Positions 57,964 to 64,000 of a DNA stretch of 64,000 bases are shown here, piece by piece (positions within the stretch are counted from its first letter, which is position 1; each line of letters starts with the position of its first letter). The DNA is taken from assembly GCF_964204645.1 (NCBI RefSeq), contig NC_134025.1, positions 27,136,299 to 27,200,298 of the forward strand. The letters run 5' to 3'. Below the pieces are notes generated by a model. It did no database searches. It worked only from the letters and a program-made list of their open reading frames with translations, and had not been told where the DNA came from. This DNA comes from Tubulanus polymorphus (lineage: Eukaryota > Animalia > Nemertea). The position numbers and the translations under genes are program-made.

Positions 57964-60900
57964 GTGAGTTACGCTAAAACTTTGAACATAGAATGATACC
58001 TTGTTTCTCCTAATTGGCCGAGTCACTTCTTGAACTGCAATGAAATTTGTGATCAGTTCATTTCTTTTACTGCCGTGTCTGTTATGGTTAGCTTGATCAT
58101 GATTTAGAAAAAAGTAATGTACAGGGTAACTTTTATCAGCTTTGTTGAAATGAGAAACAAGGTATTGATTTTTTTAGCTTTAGTAGAATCTAGAAATAGA
58201 AGATGAGGAAACTGGGGCCAAATTTTGACGGTTGAAATCTTGCTTATCATAGTGGGATGCTAGTGTTGAGCATTATGAAGCAGTTTATCAATCAACTGAT
58301 CATTACAGTGAAGAACAAAAAAAATTCATTTCTGATAGATGAATAATGAATAAGTTTTCTTTCCGCATGAACAAAAAATTATTTATTTACCTGATCTCAC
58401 CTCTGTTTTGCTATCATTATATTTTGCCGCCGATGTTCTGAGTAAAATCGACATCATAAATGCAGTTCATGACCACGCTCTCTCTTGACAATAAGTGATT
58501 TTGCCGGTGTTGGTACGAGTTCATCGCGATCGCTGGTTTCTCCCGGGGACACAGCGGCGACAGTGTTATTTATGGGGTGTAGTATACTTCCGTTTAAGAA
58601 CCATCGCAGGACTTCGAGAGTCTTCCGTGCGAATCTCGCCGCGATCGTAAGTCAGAACGCGGTACGCCGGTTCTCTCGATCTCGTACGATAGTTTATGTT
58701 TTTCCGTTATTTTTTGGCACGTTATAAACAAACATATGGCCGAGGGTGTAGCATTAACTGGTGAATGTATGTAAATGGCCATTCCCGGTCCCTAGAGTTC
58801 TTTGCTTTATGATCTATGAAATTGTGCGGCACATATTCCCCTCATTCTTATACCATGTATAGTAATATTAACAGTCATTTCTAAGGTCAAATCTCAGACC
58901 AAAAACATCTCGCGAAAATCACCGAACCTCTTAAGGAATTCGAATGGAAGTGGTAAGTAATGAATAGGTTGCATGGACGGTATTTTTTTCATGTAACGCA
59001 CACTATCCAATTCTTTCTTTTTTCTCGCTGAATGTAACTAATGCAGATTTCACTCACTTTTCTTCAATTATTCGTAGTATTTCATGTTACGTCGTCGGAA
59101 AGAAATAGTTACAGGAAATGATATAACGATTCGATGGACTGAGTGCCTTGTCACATCCGTCTGTTCGTCAAATTTCTCTGACAGCCGATGAATGGATTTT
59201 TTTCTCTAGATTTTCGCAGGTGAATCGGCGTCATCGATATTGCTTTATTGTTGTATTAAATAGTTTCATGCTTGCGTCTCATTTTTCGAGACATTTCGCG
59301 ATTGTTATGATAATTGTGTCATGCCGGAGCACATTAATTGGAAATTGTTTCCGAAAAAAAAATGTTAATGGTTGATATACGGCTATCATATTCTTATTTC
59401 ATATCAGGCGATTATGATGTAGAGAACTCTAGACGTATAGAATATTTAACCCTATGCAAATAATTCAGAACCTAGTTCAATGATTGTTAGGTAGATTTGA
59501 CCAAATGAGAAGCAGTAAGAAATCTTCATTCTTCAGAACCTAGGTTGTGTCACTATTACATAAGTAATAGAGTTAGTGAGAGAAATATTTTGGTAAAACG
59601 AATTAAAAATTCTATACAAGTTAAACAAGGAATTAGGATTTAGCTGCTGAGGAACAACTTCAATTTAAATATGCAAAATCATACAAACTAAATTGTTTGA
59701 AGCTGAAACATTAAAAAATGGACTTGGTTTGTAAAAAGTACTGGAACTGTTGGTTTCTGTTGATAGAGTAATAGTTGAAAAATAACTGTCCAATTCAATT
59801 GAAGACATGCCCACAATATGAAGAAAAAATAGTATTTGACGTTACACTCAATTCAAAGCCATTTTCAAAACTGATGTTATTATGCAAGATATTTATTAAT
59901 CTACATCAACTACTTTAAAGGTGGTTTAAGTTTTGCACACATATTTCCACGTGGTAATTATGTTTGAGTTGATTATCGGATGAATACTTGAAATCAATGA
60001 ATCGATTGATTACGGCTCGTCATCCACCGGCGGCCATTTTTTGTACGTAGTTACCCGACGTCGTCGCGTTGTCAGCTACCCGATGATGACGATGACTTTT
60101 CGAAAAAGCATTTTTCCGCACGTTCACGTCAATGTCAGGTGTTCGGGTGGGATAGCATCGACCGCGTCTAAACCTTCAAACAGTCTGTCACTGACTGCCG
60201 GGCATGGATGACTAACGTATACGCTGTGTACAGGTACAAAAACATCACGTTTAATTGGTGAAGACTTCGGTCGGCGCAGCTTCGCGGTGGTGACATTTAT
60301 CGGAGGAGAGTCATGTCGATCGGGGAAATCTGGAATCTGTTCCCTGAGAAAAATATGCTAATAATCGCCGTGGTCGTCGGTCTGCAGTTCATAGACCTGA
60401 GTTATTCTACTAATTCAGCCATGTGAAATTAGCAAAAATTACATTTTCCCACCGGGGTCCCAATTCCATCGATCAAAGATACTAGGACTAAGACTGAAAA
60501 ATGTCTTGTTTGGGTTTTGCTAGCTATAAATGAATTGTAGAATCGTTTATTCAGACTTCGCCGGGTTTTGCTCCGTTTTCTGACTAAAGTCTTGCCGGGG
60601 CAGTTTTAATTTAAGAAGCGAGATGAGTAATAGAACTCTTTTCTATACGTTTCATGACTGTTTCGGTTTTTAATTAATAAAAACTTTCTTTTGTCGAACT
60701 CGAATCAACTCCCGACGGTATCGAAATGATTCGTTTCTCCCGTTTTTGACGTTCACTCGACGAAAATTAAAAAACGTTGTTTGCACGAGATTTGCTATAA
60801 ATTACATTAGGAATCCGTCTATTGTTGTGTAGGAAATAGTTTTCGACGAGATCATTATTCAATTATGCACCTTATTGTCTGCGTAAAGTTGCGTCGGAAC

Positions 60901-61173
60901 GGTAGGTGAATTCGTTCGGCAGATTGGATTGCCGTCGACTTAAACGAGTGTTAGTTTTATCGGAAAACCGGTCGGAACTGGTATTTTTCTTTCCTAACAA
61001 GAAAATATAGTATTCCGATACGGAATGATATCGTATAAATGATTGCTGACGATTTCGTTGCTGGGTTATTGTCGTCTTTCGCAAACATATTATTATGGAT
61101 TTATGAAATATGGGTGTAGCCCATGGGAGCGGCCGAATTGGTCTCCGGTGAAGTATAAGTATCTCTTGATAAT

Positions 61174-62931
61174 AAACCATTTTACAGTTGCTAGCCGCCA
61201 TTTTGTTAGGGTACTTTTGTCCCGTATTGTTGGGTCATTTTTTTCTCTTTTTTAAAAACTATCCGTGACGTGTATTGTATCATATTTCATCTGTCCATGG
61301 ATGGATTTTGACAACTTCAACAACATTCAAACCGCATAAATCTCTAGTTTTCAGTTATGTAAAAATCATTTCTCAAATTTACAACAATGCGACATGAGAG
61401 CGATATAAAAATCGGTGGTCAGTTTTTGCCGTGCGCATAGAAATCCAGGGTACTGAACTTTGAAGTTCGTTATTTTCAGAAATAATTTTCTAAAAAATCC
61501 AAACATATCAAGCACTGTGCGCATAAACACCCCCTTTTAGGTGAACTTTGAAATTTTAAGATATCTTGCCTAGTTTTTTTCCTATGGCTCTTTAACTGCA
61601 GCGCGTGTATTGTCATTCCGAGATTTGGCGCTGTTTTCTTTGCGTGTATTTCAGTATATGGGTGTTATTCCTTCATTTTCACTACACTTGTCTCTACGGA
61701 AAATGGTTTTAATTGTTGGTACGAGTATCAGGTTTAAATATTACGGCATTAACACTGTATTCCGTTCTCCGGCGCTAGTTCGTAATGGCTGTAATGGTAG
61801 CCGCTTTTACGGCAGGCAGAGGCTTACGTCCATGCACCCAAGAAAACCCAAAATATCACTCTTTTGTTGTAAATGCAATCCACACACTTCTTGCGTTTTT
61901 TGTGATGGTAGATGTCACTTTTTACTTTTTATCATCTGCGTCTGACATTCGAACTTGATACTTGATATTTCACCACCATAACAAGAAAACGTTTTCCTAT
62001 ATTTTCTTCCCAATCTAATCAATCTTGAGTGTACTTAATAGAAAGTATTCATAGAAAGTAGCTTAATATTTGCCCCACCCCATTTGTCCTGCTTTTTGAC
62101 CACTTCTCCATCCATCTAATTTCAGTAGATTATGTAAATTTATTGATAGACTACTGATTTAAATGGTCATCATACTCGATTTTGAGTGTTATATTTCTTT
62201 TCTTCTTCCATCTCAATATAGGCCCATATATTCTCTTCCCGCGCGCAACTTCGAATGCGTGATCAAAATGCCGCTCAGTCTCGCTGCTAAAACTGGTCAG
62301 AAAAATCCCTTAAACCCCAACATCTCTAATGTCTTCGATCTATTATATTGCATAAACGACGTGATATTTAAACCTGATACTCGTACCAACAATTAAAACC
62401 ATTTTCCGTAGAGACAAGTGTAGTGAAAATGAAGGAATAACACCCATATACTGAAATACACGCAAAGAAAACAGCGCCAAATCTCGGAATGACAATACAC
62501 GCGCTGCAGTTAAAGAGCCATAGGAAAAAAACTAGGCAAGATATCTTAAAATTTCAAAGTTCACCTAAAAGGGGGTGTTTATGCGCACAGTGCTTGATAT
62601 GTTTGGATTTTTTAGAAAATTATTCCTGAAAATAACGAACTTCAAAGTTCAGTACCCTGGATTTCTATGCGCACGGCAAAATCTGACCACCGATTTTTAT
62701 ATCGCTCTCATGTCGCATTGTTGTAAATTTGAGAAATGATTTTTACATAACTGAAAACTAGAGATTTATGCGGTTTGAATGTTGCTGAAGTTGTCAAAAT
62801 CCATCCATGGACAGATGAAATATGATACAATACACATCACGGATAGTTTTTAAAAAAGAGAAAAAAATGACCCAACAATACGGGACAAAAGTACCCTAAC
62901 AAAATGGCGGCTAGCAACTGTAAAATGGTTT
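61174..62931. mobile_element. Non-autonomous foldback DNA transposon with ~570-bp terminal inverted repeats (ISL2EU-like by termini and TSD), in a KIF26 intron
   Basis: 61174-61745 is the reverse complement of 62360-62931 with about 5 substitutions by eye. Termini AAACCATTTTACAGTTG...CAACTGTAAAATGGTTT, flanked by AT on both sides (61172-73, 62932-33). The ~610-bp spacer has no intact transposase ORF. The superfamily assignment is inference. Confidence 0.88.
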
Positions 62932-64000
62932 ATTGTTGAAACTGAAGCTCGGAACCGTTGGAAATTCCTCTTGCTTTGAGCCGATGGGAACTATGGACAA
63001 TGTGACGCGTGTTCGAATCTATCGGATCAATTCCACTATGTGTCTTATTATTGTGTCGGCACGTGACTAACACTTCGGTCCGTTTGACCACTAGAATCGG
63101 TCAGTGTCAGTCAGTTGCCGTCGGCCCGAGGCTCGAGCCAGGGGATGGTTAATGACAAGATAGACTAAGTAGGGGGTTAATTATTGTGCCCTGAAGGTAT
63201 CATTATACTAGACTTCCCAGTACCCACCCTTCTTCCTTTTGGCTGATATGGTTACTTTGTGTTGACCATACTGACCAGTCACATAGATTATGAAGAATTG
63301 TCTTTTCTCTCATTCGAGTTGATCATTTATATTTAATTTCGCGTGACCTGGTTAATCAAGACCCTATTGTCAAAACAACGTAAACCCAAGTCTCGCCCGG
63401 AGCAGGTACTTTGTTGCATCTGTTCCTCTGTTGAGTCTAGAAGCGGATATTGAACTGTTAAATCCTATGATATCTCGGAGTTTGATGAATCTTACGTGAT
63501 TGATGTCTCTCGATCGATACGATATAAAACTTGTTTGAATTGTGGCAGATGATGTTTTTCCATTAGTTGAATCAATGCCTACAAGAGATGCCTTATTAAC
63601 TGGATGAATTGTGCTTTGACTCCGGTAGAAATGGTCTATTTTTCCAACAAGATAATTCGCTACAAATGGATGTTCGGTACTCGATAATGAAGTCCACTGC
63701 GGGGGACTGTGTGCCACGTTAGCTTCAGATTGTTTGCCACCTGGGTATAAATGAATGAAAAGTCCACCACGCCGTCGATGAAATGGTCCGGCACAGAACG
63801 ATGGCGTTGATGTGACTTACGCCGCGAGCGAGTTTGTGAGGACACGCGACCTGCTGACTTAATGACGAGTGTCCTACTGAGAAAATACATCTACGAGTCC
63901 TTATGGCTTCAGCTTTCCACAAAACTCATTCTAGAATCATCCTTTTTCCGGTCGCTCCCTTGGTTCTCTTATTTTCTATAAAAAGAAAGAGTTGTTGCTG

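Overview
Eukaryotic genomic DNA: AT-rich, with short spliceosomal introns, most consistent with an invertebrate animal. The species cannot be determined from the sequence. I reconstructed five protein-coding genes by manual splicing. (1) The 3' part of MED14 (+, 5477-11771), including a probable minor-spliceosome (U12-type) intron. (2) A complete Golgi alpha-1,2-mannosidase, GH47/MAN1A-like (+, 12797-17673). (3) A ~2007-aa kinase-less Roco protein with ~28 ankyrin repeats, nearly all one repeat per 99-nt phase-0 exon, joined to a single 3.2-kb intronless LRR-Roc-COR exon (+, 22207-31905). (4) A convergent CNBD2-like gene with two cyclic-nucleotide-binding domains (-, 32151-37986). (5) The first coding exons of a KIF26-like kinesin (+, from 56576), after ~18.5 kb of non-coding DNA. 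Repeats include a young 1.76-kb foldback element with ~570-bp terminal inverted repeats, several MITEs, a 23-bp minisatellite and microsatellites. The most interesting object is the modular ankyrin-array Roco gene. Gene models come from reading frame and splice signals only, with no expression data or database searches.
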